From a virus (taxonomy: Duplodnaviria > Caudoviricetes): 52,254 nt of DNA. Where the stretch lies: the IMG/VR virus record IMGVR_UViG_3300024344_000020, positions 1 to 52,254 of that record. The stretch is one strand, 5' to 3'. Every line of letters starts with the position of its first letter. The first letter of the stretch is position 1. The notes beneath the pieces are model-generated. The model did not search any database. It was not told the DNA's origin and saw only the letters and a list, made by a program, of their open reading frames with translations. Shown here piece after piece: positions 26,698-35,634 of this stretch. The translations under genes were made by a program, and so were the position numbers.

Positions 26698-28347
26698 TTA
26701 AAACTCATCGTCATCTCCTGCATCGTTAGGGTTATCAACCTCTGTCATTCTACCTGTATCTTTATCATAGTACAAGTAACAAGCAGGTCCAGTAAGCCCA
26801 CTGAATCTATTCTTTAGTACCCTAATAGTAGTAGTGTTGCGTATGATAGGGTCTTCATCTTGTCCGTTACGTTCAAGACCAATCACCATATCAGATAGTT
26901 GTCCAATACCTGCTGAACCTCTGAGCTGTGCTAGTGAAGTCATACCACCTTCCTCGTGTGCTGTACCTCCAGGTCTACGTAGATGACTAACCATAAACAA
27001 AGCAACACCTGTCTCTTGTACCAGTGTACGTAGCTTAGTAGCTATCTCATCAAGAGCCTTACGTTCATCACCATTCTGTTGGTCAGATACTAGGATAGAT
27101 ATGTGGTCAAGGAATATATACTTACAATCTAAACCTTTAGCCATATATCTAACACGACTAATGATATTATCAATGCTGTTAGAACCAAAGCTATCATATA
27201 AGAATACCTTACCTGTACCTAACGTAGCATCATAGTGTTTCTTTAACTCTTCCCTGTCCATATGTACATCAGGTAGATGTAATAGTTGATTAGCTGATAA
27301 GGACATAAGACTTAAGCCAGTACGTCTAATAGATTCTTCCATCATCAGTAGCCCTACGTTACCTTCATCTTCCATATTCATTAGGTAGTAGACTAACTCA
27401 CGAATGAACTGTGACTTACCCATACCACTACCTGCTGTGATGGTAATCAATTCGTGTGTACGAATACCATAGGTTAGGTCATTCATTCCTTGCCAAGGGT
27501 ACTCAACAAACGATTGATTGATTTCTTCTGTGACAACATTCCACATATCATCACCCCTAACAATACCATCAGGTGCAAATAGCTTAGCGTTCCACCAAGC
27601 CTCCATAAAGGATTGTTTCTTGTTTACCCTGAGCATATCATTAGCGTCTTTATAATCCTCAGGCATCGTCATAATCTTAGCCTTAGAGGGTGGGAATAAC
27701 TCAGCTACTTTCTTAGCTGCGTCCTTACCTGCTTTGTCTGCGTCAAAACAAATAACAATTGTTTCAAAGTCATTAAAGAACTCAAGGTTTTTCTTTACAT
27801 CTTTAGGTGCTGATGACGCACCATTGATAACACTTACTACTGCCCACTTGCTGCCCATCAATTCATAAGCAGCCATTGCATCACACTCACCCTCAGTGAT
27901 AGTAATGTACTTACCTTTCTTTTGTACTGTGTGCATACCAAACAACTCTGCATCTCTAACAGTACCTTCAATACGGAAGTCTTTATCTTGTACGTCACGT
28001 ATCTTTTGTGCTACTTGTTCACCATCTTTATAGTATGGATACAGATGGTTCTTAATACTACCGTCTTTGTTCCTACGTATAGTAACCCCGTACTTCTTAG
28101 TTGTATCTGAAGTAATCTTTCTATCTGTGAGTGCACCAGCCACACCCTCTGTTCTTATTGCTGATGGTTTACTTTCCGTCATTTGTTCTCCTATATATTC
28201 ATTGTCATAATTCTGTCCGTGTGTTTGACAACTAAAACAGTGCCACGAGTCATCTTCATTAACACATACTGCATCAGATGAACCGCAAGCATCACACGGT
28301 AGGTGTCGAGCCTTCCAATTGGATTGGTTGTGGTCTAACTTGTCCAT
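26698..28347 (-). CDS. Primase-helicase (T7 gp4-like)
   Basis: N-terminal Zn finger CxxC...CxxC, TOPRIM (ITEGECDAM, ICFDAD), DnaB-type Walker A AGSGMGKS, IFLDHISI, LRGSAGIGQLSD, LKNRFSG. Confidence 0.97.
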   Translation of the reverse strand: MDKLDHNQSNWKARHLPCDACGSSDAVCVNEDDSWHCFSCQTHGQNYDNEYIGEQMTESKPSAIRTEGVAGALTDRKITSDTTKKYGVTIRRNKDGSIKNHLYPYYKDGEQVAQKIRDVQDKDFRIEGTVRDAELFGMHTVQKKGKYITITEGECDAMAAYELMGSKWAVVSVINGASSAPKDVKKNLEFFNDFETIVICFDADKAGKDAAKKVAELFPPSKAKIMTMPEDYKDANDMLRVNKKQSFMEAWWNAKLFAPDGIVRGDDMWNVVTEEINQSFVEYPWQGMNDLTYGIRTHELITITAGSGMGKSQFIRELVYYLMNMEDEGNVGLLMMEESIRRTGLSLMSLSANQLLHLPDVHMDREELKKHYDATLGTGKVFLYDSFGSNSIDNIISRVRYMAKGLDCKYIFLDHISILVSDQQNGDERKALDEIATKLRTLVQETGVALFMVSHLRRPGGTAHEEGGMTSLAQLRGSAGIGQLSDMVIGLERNGQDEDPIIRNTTTIRVLKNRFSGLTGPACYLYYDKDTGRMTEVDNPNDAGDDDEF

Positions 28348-28373
28348 ACTATTCTCCGTTCGTTAGAGGTAGA

Positions 28374-28395
28374 AAGGACATCCGAAGATGCCCTT
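28374..28395 (-). terminator. Hairpin with cUUCGg tetraloop after the SSB gene (probable intrinsic terminator)
   Basis: Minus strand AAGGGCATC-TTCG-GATGTCCTT followed by a short pyrimidine run. Confidence 0.6.
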
Positions 28396-28419
28396 AATGA
28401 TTAACTACTCAGAGAGATA

Positions 28420-28875
28420 TTAAAACTCCTCGGTAGTTGCTCCTTCGTTAGCGAACTCACTAACACCTGAACCACCTGCATATGGTACAAGGTCAACAAC
28501 TTGAATGGCATTCAACATCTTACCAAGACCAAACTTCTTAGTCATTGCGTGTTCAAATGCAAAGAAACTAACCTTAACAAGTGAGTCATTACCAATCTCA
28601 CTACCGTCCCAAGGATTCTTTTCACCGTCTACAATAGTAGGTGCTCCATTCTCTTTACCTTTAGCTGATGTTTCTTTACGTTGAAACTTAAAGATGTTTG
28701 TTTCTACTTCACCATCCTTGTGGTAAGGACGTAACCCCTCTTTAACTAGACGTTTCTTTTCTTTATCAGAAACTTCTAAGTCAAGTGACCAGTAGTTGTA
28801 ATCCTTGTATTGGTCACCTACTACTAACTGATGTGGCAATACCTTTGCCCATTGTGCTTTACCTGTTGCAATCAT
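28420..28875 (-). CDS. Single-stranded DNA-binding protein (T7 gp2.5-like)
   Basis: GKAQWAKV, IGNDSLVKV, LNAIQVVDLVPY and acidic tail ending in Phe; located upstream of the primase-helicase. Confidence 0.8.
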   Translation of the reverse strand: MIATGKAQWAKVLPHQLVVGDQYKDYNYWSLDLEVSDKEKKRLVKEGLRPYHKDGEVETNIFKFQRKETSAKGKENGAPTIVDGEKNPWDGSEIGNDSLVKVSFFAFEHAMTKKFGLGKMLNAIQVVDLVPYAGGSGVSEFANEGATTEEF

Positions 28876-29068
28876 TATATTTTTCCTTATGCTTTATAAG
28901 CATTGTTGTTATATTAAAACTAACCACCCTATGTAGTTAGTTACTTACCATTATACACACTCTTAAGAATATGTACAGAGTTTTTATACAATTTAGTTAT
29001 TAAACTTTATTAATAAACTATCATATAAAACTATTGTTATTAGTTGTTGACAACTCCTAAGAGATTCT

Positions 29069-29097
29069 ATTATAGCATATCTTTTTAGAGATGTCAA
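29069..29097 (-). promoter_or_regulatory. Sigma70 consensus promoter for the replication operon
   Basis: Minus strand TTGACA (29097-29092), 17-bp spacer, TATAAT (29074-29069), with TGn extension. Confidence 0.85.
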
Positions 29098-29112
29098 CCC
29101 CAATTAACATAA

Positions 29113-29922
29113 TTATGCAGCCAACCTAAGAACATCTAACATAGGTAATACTTTACGTACCTTCTGCTCCCTACTAATGATGGTGCTAGGTATGTTAGAT
29201 TTATTCCTAACCTCTGCGTGAGATGACCAATCGGTTAGTGTATTAAATAATGCCCACAAGTTATGACCCATTTCAAATACATACTTCTGGTAGCTAGAGT
29301 TAAGTACCTCCATCATCTTATCGTTACCGTTAGCTAACTGTAGTAGTACATTGTTAGCTTCCCGTATGCTAATCTTAACTGTTGGGTACTGCTTCCAAAG
29401 TTCAGCATTCTGTAGGTAAACTTCAAGAGAATCTTCTAACTTGTTAATAGCATAGTCTACATCTAAACTCTTAGTGTGCTTACCATAGTACGAAGAGAAG
29501 CTATCACCAATGATTTGTCCGTTAGTACACAGCATTCTATACGCACCTACCATAGACATAAACTTCCAACTACCGTCATAACTATTGAGTACCGTTATCA
29601 TTAAGTCCATCTCATCACCTTCTGTCACAGCAATCCTATGAGCGGGGAAACGATATGATACTACTGTCCTTGCACCATCGTGTGAATACTGTACGTCACG
29701 TATCATACCCTCTGTGTTTAGGTTAGACCTAGCAATAGCTCGTTCATACTGTGGTATGATGTCCGAGTTCTGTACTAGGTTATATCCTTTACCTACTACT
29801 GATATGATACGTCCAGTATCTTGTTCAACAATAGCCTTATGCTTAGGTGCGTGAACATCTAAGAATGTACCGTCTTCACTAGTCCATAGTGTTCTTTCTT
29901 CTACTTGTATAAAGTCGTTCAT
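29113..29922 (-). CDS. DUF932 family protein
   Basis: ISVVGKGYNLVQN, NSYDGS, GAYRMLCTNGQ, KHTK, NLWALFNTLTDWSSH motifs. Confidence 0.85.
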   Translation of the reverse strand: MNDFIQVEERTLWTSEDGTFLDVHAPKHKAIVEQDTGRIISVVGKGYNLVQNSDIIPQYERAIARSNLNTEGMIRDVQYSHDGARTVVSYRFPAHRIAVTEGDEMDLMITVLNSYDGSWKFMSMVGAYRMLCTNGQIIGDSFSSYYGKHTKSLDVDYAINKLEDSLEVYLQNAELWKQYPTVKISIREANNVLLQLANGNDKMMEVLNSSYQKYVFEMGHNLWALFNTLTDWSSHAEVRNKSNIPSTIISREQKVRKVLPMLDVLRLAA

Positions 29923-30060
29923 TTGTTTCTCCTTTTTAATTGTTTTCTTTTCTTTCTATATTTATTTACGTCACTGCGAGGTGCTAACCCTTTAGGGACA
30001 TACTCTCTCTTATCATTACGATATACTAACCTTCCTTCATCTTCCATACCTATTACGTAA

Positions 30061-30261
30061 TCACCTATTCTTGACATACGCTACCTCCCCTTCTTCTAAT
30101 ACGTCTGCTTCTGTAAACATAATACCTACTTGCTCACCTTTTCCTTTAGCTATCAGTGCCTTAGCTTCACTTAGGCTAATAGCTTCAACCTCATACAAGG
30201 TTGTCATCTTGCACTCAATCATATCCTCTTTCTTAAACTTAAATGTTTTCATTACGTCCAC
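30061..30261 (-). CDS. Small hypothetical protein (xEVEAxSxxEA type)
   Basis: YEVEAISLSEAKALI resembles the VVVDAENEEQATELA segment of 32447-32632. Confidence 0.5.
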   Translation of the reverse strand: MDVMKTFKFKKEDMIECKMTTLYEVEAISLSEAKALIAKGKGEQVGIMFTEADVLEEGEVAYVKNR

Positions 30262-30671
30262 CTATTAAGTAGCTTCCAGAAATCATCAGGGTCATAGAAC
30301 ATTCTACTACTAATATAGTTAGTCACTTCCTTAGCAGTGCTTTTACCAAAACCCCCTTTATCTTTAGGTGGTGCTAACACCACAGCAGGGTCTGTATAAC
30401 AAGACAGTCTAGTAGAGGCAGTAGATAGTAAACAACCTGTATGCTCTGCTACCATAGTACTAGTCCATTCAGACCCATCATCTAATACATATAAGCGTTT
30501 ACCATTGTGTATCTTATGCTTCTCTCTAGGTCTAAACACTTCTTCTCTGTTAGTTGATTTAGTTAGTCTGTAAAAGGCACTACTGTGTGAACAACCTACC
30601 TCATCCATTACCATCTTAGTAGTCACTACACTATCATCATCTAACACCCATTGTTTTACTACACTACCCAT
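30252..30671 (-). CDS. Protein with two tandem HTH-like repeats
   Basis: Internal duplication WVLDDDSVVTTKMVMDEVGCSHSSAFYRL / YVLDDGSEWTSTMVAEHTGCLLSTASTRL. Confidence 0.6.
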   Translation of the reverse strand: MGSVVKQWVLDDDSVVTTKMVMDEVGCSHSSAFYRLTKSTNREEVFRPREKHKIHNGKRLYVLDDGSEWTSTMVAEHTGCLLSTASTRLSCYTDPAVVLAPPKDKGGFGKSTAKEVTNYISSRMFYDPDDFWKLLNRWT

Positions 30672-30799
30672 TATACTTTCCCCTATTTAATCTCTTGTGT
30701 TCATCTAATAATTCCTTCATTAGTATCATACCTTCCTTGATATCGGATAGATATACCTTCTCATCATCACGAGGATTAGATTTAAGAGGACTTCTCTGC

Positions 30800-30982
30800 C
30801 TACCCCTTGCCTTGGTATTGCTGCACATATAATCCCTCCTTATTTACGTAGTATTCAGTCCCGTTATCTCTAATGTATTCCTCTTTATGTTCAGGCGTTG
30901 CGTTCTTATTATCTAACCACCACCCCATATAGGTATCGTCAGGTACACAGTACCACTCATCTTTATCTCTTACACAGTACAT
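30800..30982 (-). CDS. Small hypothetical early protein
   Basis: 60 aa with AGGAGG RBS. Confidence 0.55.
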   Translation of the reverse strand: MYCVRDKDEWYCVPDDTYMGWWLDNKNATPEHKEEYIRDNGTEYYVNKEGLYVQQYQGKG

Positions 30983-31164
30983 CAGCTGTCCTCCTTAATA
31001 TTTAAATTCGTCTACGGGAAATACACCTTCCCCATCTAATTGTCTTTCAAAATCTTCAAAAGTATTCCATACGGTTACGTAACCCTCGCCTATAACTAAC
31101 ACCTTATCGTTATCGTGAACAACAGTCAGCATATTATGACCACCACCATCAAATTGATATGTCC

Positions 31165-31590
31165 TCATACTTCCTCCTCACAAATATCTTTAATTTCTCT
31201 AAGTCTATGTCTAAGCATAACATTCTTATCCACCAAATGCTTCCACCCTTTACCCTTAGTAACAAACCTATCCCATACATCAGGTGTACCACAAGCAATA
31301 TCCCCTACATCAGTATCGGTCAAGGTACTGTCGTTGTATTTGATAAACTCAGCCATATTCTTATTCTCATAGGCTAGAGTATCACGCTCATCTGTTCTGT
31401 TTTCTAAATGTCGTTCAGCATCATCTAAATCAAGTTCAATATTGTCATACTTATTAATCTCAATTATTAACTCAGTCTTTAGTTGCTTGTTCTCTTTAAT
31501 GAGTCGCTCTCTATCTTGTCTAATCTCATCAAGTTCAACAGCCATATCATCTATTTGTTCTGCAAGTGCAGTTCTGTAATTGTATTTCAT
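31165..31590 (-). CDS. Coiled-coil hypothetical protein
   Basis: 141 aa, GGAGG RBS, heptad pattern. Confidence 0.6.
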   Translation of the reverse strand: MKYNYRTALAEQIDDMAVELDEIRQDRERLIKENKQLKTELIIEINKYDNIELDLDDAERHLENRTDERDTLAYENKNMAEFIKYNDSTLTDTDVGDIACGTPDVWDRFVTKGKGWKHLVDKNVMLRHRLREIKDICEEEV

Positions 31591-31591
31591 T

Positions 31592-31795
31592 TTATTCCTC
31601 CTCCTCTAATATATATCTATCAACAAAATGGATTGTATCTCTAATCTCATTATCAGCATCTTGATAATGTTTGTTATCAATACTATCAATAACCTCTGCC
31701 CATCTGTTGGCAGATTGTTCATTGTCTTCACGATTTGTTACCGCTAAGTAGTCCTCATAACTCCATTCAAATTTTAATATTCTATCTCTGTTCAT
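31592..31795 (-). CDS. Small acidic hypothetical early protein
   Basis: 67 aa with AGGAG RBS. Confidence 0.55.
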   Translation of the reverse strand: MNRDRILKFEWSYEDYLAVTNREDNEQSANRWAEVIDSIDNKHYQDADNEIRDTIHFVDRYILEEEE

Positions 31796-31863
31796 TTCAC
31801 TTCTCCTTCTTATTATAAACTATTACTACACACCCTAGGTATGAGTGTATCTCTTTAACATTA

Positions 31864-32088
31864 TCATACATATTGTACTTCCTTACTCATTCTAAGTATA
31901 TTATTCATACTATCCCCATAATGTCTTTCAATATCACTATCCATATTTTCATAACACTTAATTGAATTTAGTTTGTCATAACACCTCAAGGTATCAGCAC
32001 TAATAAACATATATAGATTGTCTTGTAAGTAGTTGTGCATTGCTTCTTCTTCAATCATCTTCTTTTGTCTTTTAATTAACTTTCTCAT
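31864..32088 (-). CDS. Small early protein, paralogue-like of 34642-34839
   Basis: MRKLIKRQKKMIE...KCYENMDSDIERHYGD versus MRKLNKKQKSYIE...NDYETLYQDANRYYGD. Confidence 0.6.
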   Translation of the reverse strand: MRKLIKRQKKMIEEEAMHNYLQDNLYMFISADTLRCYDKLNSIKCYENMDSDIERHYGDSMNNILRMSKEVQYV

Positions 32089-32288
32089 TCTTTATTCCTC
32101 CAATCTGATAATTCTACTAATATCTTACATCTTAAAGGGTCATAAACCTGATTACCTTTCTTATCCAATAGATATACATCATCTATGTCATAACCCTCTA
32201 TCCTTTCGGCTGAGAAGTAGTAGTCTATTAGGTCATCCAGTGTTAATGACACTACCTCTTCTCTATATTCTAGCATTAATTTACTCAT
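32085..32288 (-). CDS. Small hypothetical early protein
   Basis: 67 aa ORF overlapping neighbours in a tightly packed operon. Confidence 0.5.
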   Translation of the reverse strand: MSKLMLEYREEVVSLTLDDLIDYYFSAERIEGYDIDDVYLLDKKGNQVYDPLRCKILVELSDWRNKE

Positions 32289-32446
32289 CTTCGTCTAGCT
32301 CCCTAGTTAATTGTTTAATCTCTTCTATTAGTGGCTTAATATGTTTGAAATATTCATCCGTTGAAAAGTCATCGTTTAAGTAGGCTTCTCGTAGTGGTCT
32401 CATCTCTTCATATAGTTTATTTAATCGTCTTAATGGTTTAAGTTGA

Positions 32447-32632
32447 TTACTCATCTTCATCTTCCTCCACTTCAATTGTGTATATCTCAGCACCGTCATA
32501 TCTAGCGTCACAGCCCCAAGTATCTTCATACGCTTGTTGGTAGGCTAGTTCTGTTGCTTGTTCCTCATTCTCAGCATCAACCACCACAGTTAATACGGTT
32601 GTTATATCTACTTCTACTCTATATTTAGTCAT
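32447..32632 (-). CDS. Small acidic DpnD/PcfM-like protein
   Basis: KYRVEVDITTVLTVVVDAENEEQATELA pattern; GGAG RBS. Confidence 0.55.
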   Translation of the reverse strand: MTKYRVEVDITTVLTVVVDAENEEQATELAYQQAYEDTWGCDARYDGAEIYTIEVEEDEDE

Positions 32633-32746
32633 TTTTATTCTCCACTTCCTTATTAATTAACTTGTTTAAATCTATCGCCATCACTAGGGCAAACATCATT
32701 AAACCCACTGCTATTGCAAACATTATTGTTATTACTATTGACTGCA

Positions 32747-33046
32747 TTATAGTACCTCCAAAAATCTAATCTTATCTGCAAGATACCACAACCCACCTTG
32801 ACTATCGGGTCTATGTAATGTTTCATAGTTGGCTATCTCTACCTTAACCCACACTCTATCTCTCTCTGATAGATGAGGTGCTTCGGGCTTAGAGGTACAG
32901 TGCCACCCCTGCCTAACCTTAAAGCCTTTAGTTGGATGACACTCACTTGGATACCAAGTATCAAAGTTAATACCTAACTGCTTGTTAATGAATAGTGGTG
33001 TTAGTTTTCCACTCTTTAACTTACGTACTAGTTTATAAGCAATCAT
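32747..33046 (-). CDS. Conserved hypothetical phage protein
   Basis: 99 aa; AYKLVR...PLFIN...RQGWHC...APHL...QGGLWYLA pattern recalled from phage early genes. Confidence 0.6.
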   Translation of the reverse strand: MIAYKLVRKLKSGKLTPLFINKQLGINFDTWYPSECHPTKGFKVRQGWHCTSKPEAPHLSERDRVWVKVEIANYETLHRPDSQGGLWYLADKIRFLEVL

Positions 33047-33048
33047 AG

Positions 33049-33351
33049 TTACCCCTTAACAAAGTAATCTGTACCACCTGCTCTAACAGCAGTAACAGTA
33101 TCAAGGTTAATAGTTCTGTACCCTTTGGCTTGTACATCATAGATAGTTTTATATGCATTCCAATCTGCCACTACCTTGTTAGTACCACCTCTTAAATGTT
33201 TGGTAACTTTAAATCTACCGTTCATAGTTCGCCATTCACCATTCTTCTTTCTGAATTGTACGGTTACAAACTTATGTCCATTACGAATTAATACATCTTC
33301 AATCTTTACTCTTGCTAATAACACTTGTTTTCTTTTATTCATTTTATTCAC
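33049..33351 (-). CDS. SH3/Sm-like (WYL_2-type) small protein
   Basis: FVTVQFRKKNGEWRTMNGR...IYDVQAKGYRTINLDTV pattern. Confidence 0.6.
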   Translation of the reverse strand: MNKMNKRKQVLLARVKIEDVLIRNGHKFVTVQFRKKNGEWRTMNGRFKVTKHLRGGTNKVVADWNAYKTIYDVQAKGYRTINLDTVTAVRAGGTDYFVKG

Positions 33352-33452
33352 CTATAAATTTTAAATAGTTTCTTTCACATTCAATAAATAATAATGTTTT
33401 AATGATATCATTAACCAGTATTTAGTTATCGTTTGTTAATAAACTGTTTATT

Positions 33453-34157
33453 TTAAATAACAAAGCCACTTACATCTTTCTTGGCTTTACCTTTTGCTTT
33501 CAATCCAACAATGACACCTTGCTCATCATCAAATCTAAAGTCATTGACATCACCATCAATAACCTTACGCCCCATAAATGTAGCAGGTAATTCTTTACGA
33601 AATACTACCGCTACGTTATGAGATGTTTCTTTAATTACTTTATCAACCAATGGCTTATACTTATCCGTACCACTGTAACTAAATGTTAAGTGATAGTTAG
33701 GCGGTACATCTTTAAAAGCCCATTTCAAATTCTTAGTGTAGTCATAGAATTGTACATCTGGAAACTTCTCTATCACTTTCATATAGTTAATGTCTGATAG
33801 TACATTCAACCTAATAGCAGGTTTAACACCTAACAGTTCACACTTACGTTTGAAAGCAGAGATATCCCCCTCAACAGTAGCCATAAACCCTTGACGGTCA
33901 TCTCTATAAAACTCTGTCTTTCTAGTCCTTGCTTGTTTAACGTTAGAGAAAGCACCTCTACCTGCACTCTCTAAACACCCTTGTTTACACCCTGCACAAT
34001 CAGACATCGGACATACGTTGATACCCTCTACCTTATCAGCAGACATTAAAGATAATCCTGCAACAATATACTCATCACCGTTATCTTTAACTATCTTTGC
34101 GTTAGTACCTGCACTTAACAAGTTACCACCCCACTTTACATCTTTACTTTTTAACAT
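33453..34157 (-). CDS. Gp88-like protein (Cys-cluster, radical-SAM-like)
   Basis: NVCP...AGCKQGCL..AGRG, AIRLNVLSDI, VQFYDYTK, NYHLTFSYS, IDGD..D.RF.D...IVGLKAKG motifs. Confidence 0.75.
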   Translation of the reverse strand: MLKSKDVKWGGNLLSAGTNAKIVKDNGDEYIVAGLSLMSADKVEGINVCPMSDCAGCKQGCLESAGRGAFSNVKQARTRKTEFYRDDRQGFMATVEGDISAFKRKCELLGVKPAIRLNVLSDINYMKVIEKFPDVQFYDYTKNLKWAFKDVPPNYHLTFSYSGTDKYKPLVDKVIKETSHNVAVVFRKELPATFMGRKVIDGDVNDFRFDDEQGVIVGLKAKGKAKKDVSGFVI

Positions 34158-34162
34158 AATTA

Positions 34163-34483
34163 TTATTCCTTATGATTTGTTATCTCTAACTTAGAACAAT
34201 CAATAACGTAAACACCATTGTCCCCGTTATCTGTATCTAAGTATTTACATATACCTATACCTAACGATTGATTACCACCAAAGAAATTACCAATGGTTTG
34301 AATCAATCTTGCTTTAGTATAATTATAATCCCCTACGATATCACCTATTAAATCTTTAGTTGATTTCAAAAAACCCTCAATAGATTCTCTACCACCATTC
34401 CAATGAAGATAAATACCTATCTCATCTTCATCGTACTCAGGATTTCTACCGTTCTTTAAACATAATACTGCTCTGTTACCCAT
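34163..34483 (-). CDS. Conserved hypothetical early protein
   Basis: MGNRAV...GIYLHWNGG...DNGDNGVYVI pattern; AAGGA RBS. Confidence 0.7.
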   Translation of the reverse strand: MGNRAVLCLKNGRNPEYDEDEIGIYLHWNGGRESIEGFLKSTKDLIGDIVGDYNYTKARLIQTIGNFFGGNQSLGIGICKYLDTDNGDNGVYVIDCSKLEITNHKE

Positions 34484-34511
34484 AATTATTATTCCTTTTA
34501 TTATTTAGTTT

Positions 34512-34611
34512 TTAAGCCTATCTCATCAGTATCAAGGTGGCTAATCCTTAATAGACATATCTTAGATTTCCCAACCACAATCGTAGCACTAAGATATGTT
34601 TCAACTAAAGC
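34512..34611 (-). ncRNA. Hammerhead ribozyme, type II topology
   Basis: Minus strand: GAAAC (34602-34598), 11-bp stem III ACAUAUCUUAG/CUAAGAUAUGU, GUC cleavage triplet (34556-34554), 8-bp stem I UAUUAAGG/CCUUGAUA, core CUGAUGA (34529-34523). Stem II is short and weak; loop I AGCC can pair with downstream GGCU. Confidence 0.8.
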
Positions 34612-34641
34612 ATTTATCTTTTATCTTTTTCTTTTAACATA

Positions 34642-34839
34642 TTATTTTTCCCCGTAGTAATGTTTCAATAATAAATCCCCGTAATACCTATTAGCATCTT
34701 GATATAACGTTTCATAATCATTATATTTTTCTAGTGTTTCCAAGTCATCACAATCCAATGCGTTAAATTTCACACCTAGTTTAGTCCACTTTACAGCACT
34801 TTCAATATATGACTTCTGTTTCTTATTTAACTTTCTCAT
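34642..34839 (-). CDS. Small early protein
   Basis: 65 aa with AAGGA RBS; similar to 31864-32088. Confidence 0.6.
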   Translation of the reverse strand: MRKLNKKQKSYIESAVKWTKLGVKFNALDCDDLETLEKYNDYETLYQDANRYYGDLLLKHYYGEK

Positions 34840-34941
34840 CTTTTACATTCCTTTTTTATGATACCTAACACCCATATAAACATTATCATCATATAGAATA
34901 AGCCACCAAATACCAAATACACATACAAATCCATAGCATCA

Positions 34942-35106
34942 TTAGTATTCATAATACGCCCTCTCATTTTCTACATCTACCATTTCAAACTCATTCAAAC
35001 TAACAAACTCATCTACAAAGTCTGATAGTACAAAGTCATTATCAATACCGTTTAGTGTTACATCATCTTGATTATTATTATCAAATTCAAAATTTACATT
35101 AGTCAT
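34942..35106 (-). CDS. 54-aa highly acidic early peptide (below the ORF track cut-off)
   Basis: MTNVNFEFDNNNQDDVTLNGIDNDFVLSDFVDEFVSLNEFEMVDVENERAYYEY, read by hand; GAGGA RBS upstream. Confidence 0.6.
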   Translation of the reverse strand: MTNVNFEFDNNNQDDVTLNGIDNDFVLSDFVDEFVSLNEFEMVDVENERAYYEY

Positions 35107-35295
35107 TTTTATTTCCTCATTGTTTAGTTATAGTTATTAGTTATCTTATACCACGCATAAAATAATGTTGATTGCAATCATACAACCATTTATTATTTAA
35201 GTAGTTTTCTTTTAATCTTAAATATCTTTTTAATTTTTTTACATTTATTAAAGTCATAGTTTTTTTATCCTATTATTGTTTAATTATCAATCACT

Positions 35296-35526
35296 AATAA
35301 ACAGTTTATTAATAGAATATTTAAATAACTATCTAAATAAACAGTTTATTAGCACCTTCAAACATTCATATTTTAGATATAAGCAACTATTATCTATAAA
35401 GGTATATCAATACCCTATAAAAGAATAATAACGGCTTAAATAGAGAATATAAGCGTTTAATAATAAAATAACTAATAACACCATTAACAATCTTTTTATT
35501 ATTTTTTTGATAATAAACAGTTTATT
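35296..35526. repeat. Three copies of the 15-bp palindrome AATAAAC-A-GTTTATT (further copies at 33438-33452 and 36161-36175)
   Basis: Exact copies at 35296-35310, 35336-35350 and 35512-35526, all intergenic. Confidence 0.85.
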
Positions 35527-35584
35527 TGTGATAAGTTTTAGTTACCTTATTATTAAAAACTTAAAAAGGCTTTATCGATAAATG

Positions 35585-35610
35585 CAAAAATCCCCTAATT
35601 AAAGGGGATT
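35585..35610 (-). terminator. Intrinsic terminator after the first early gene
   Basis: Minus strand AATCCCCT-TTAATT-AGGGGATT followed by a T run. Confidence 0.65.
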
Positions 35611-35634
35611 AATTGTTTTTGTTTTTAGTGGTAT

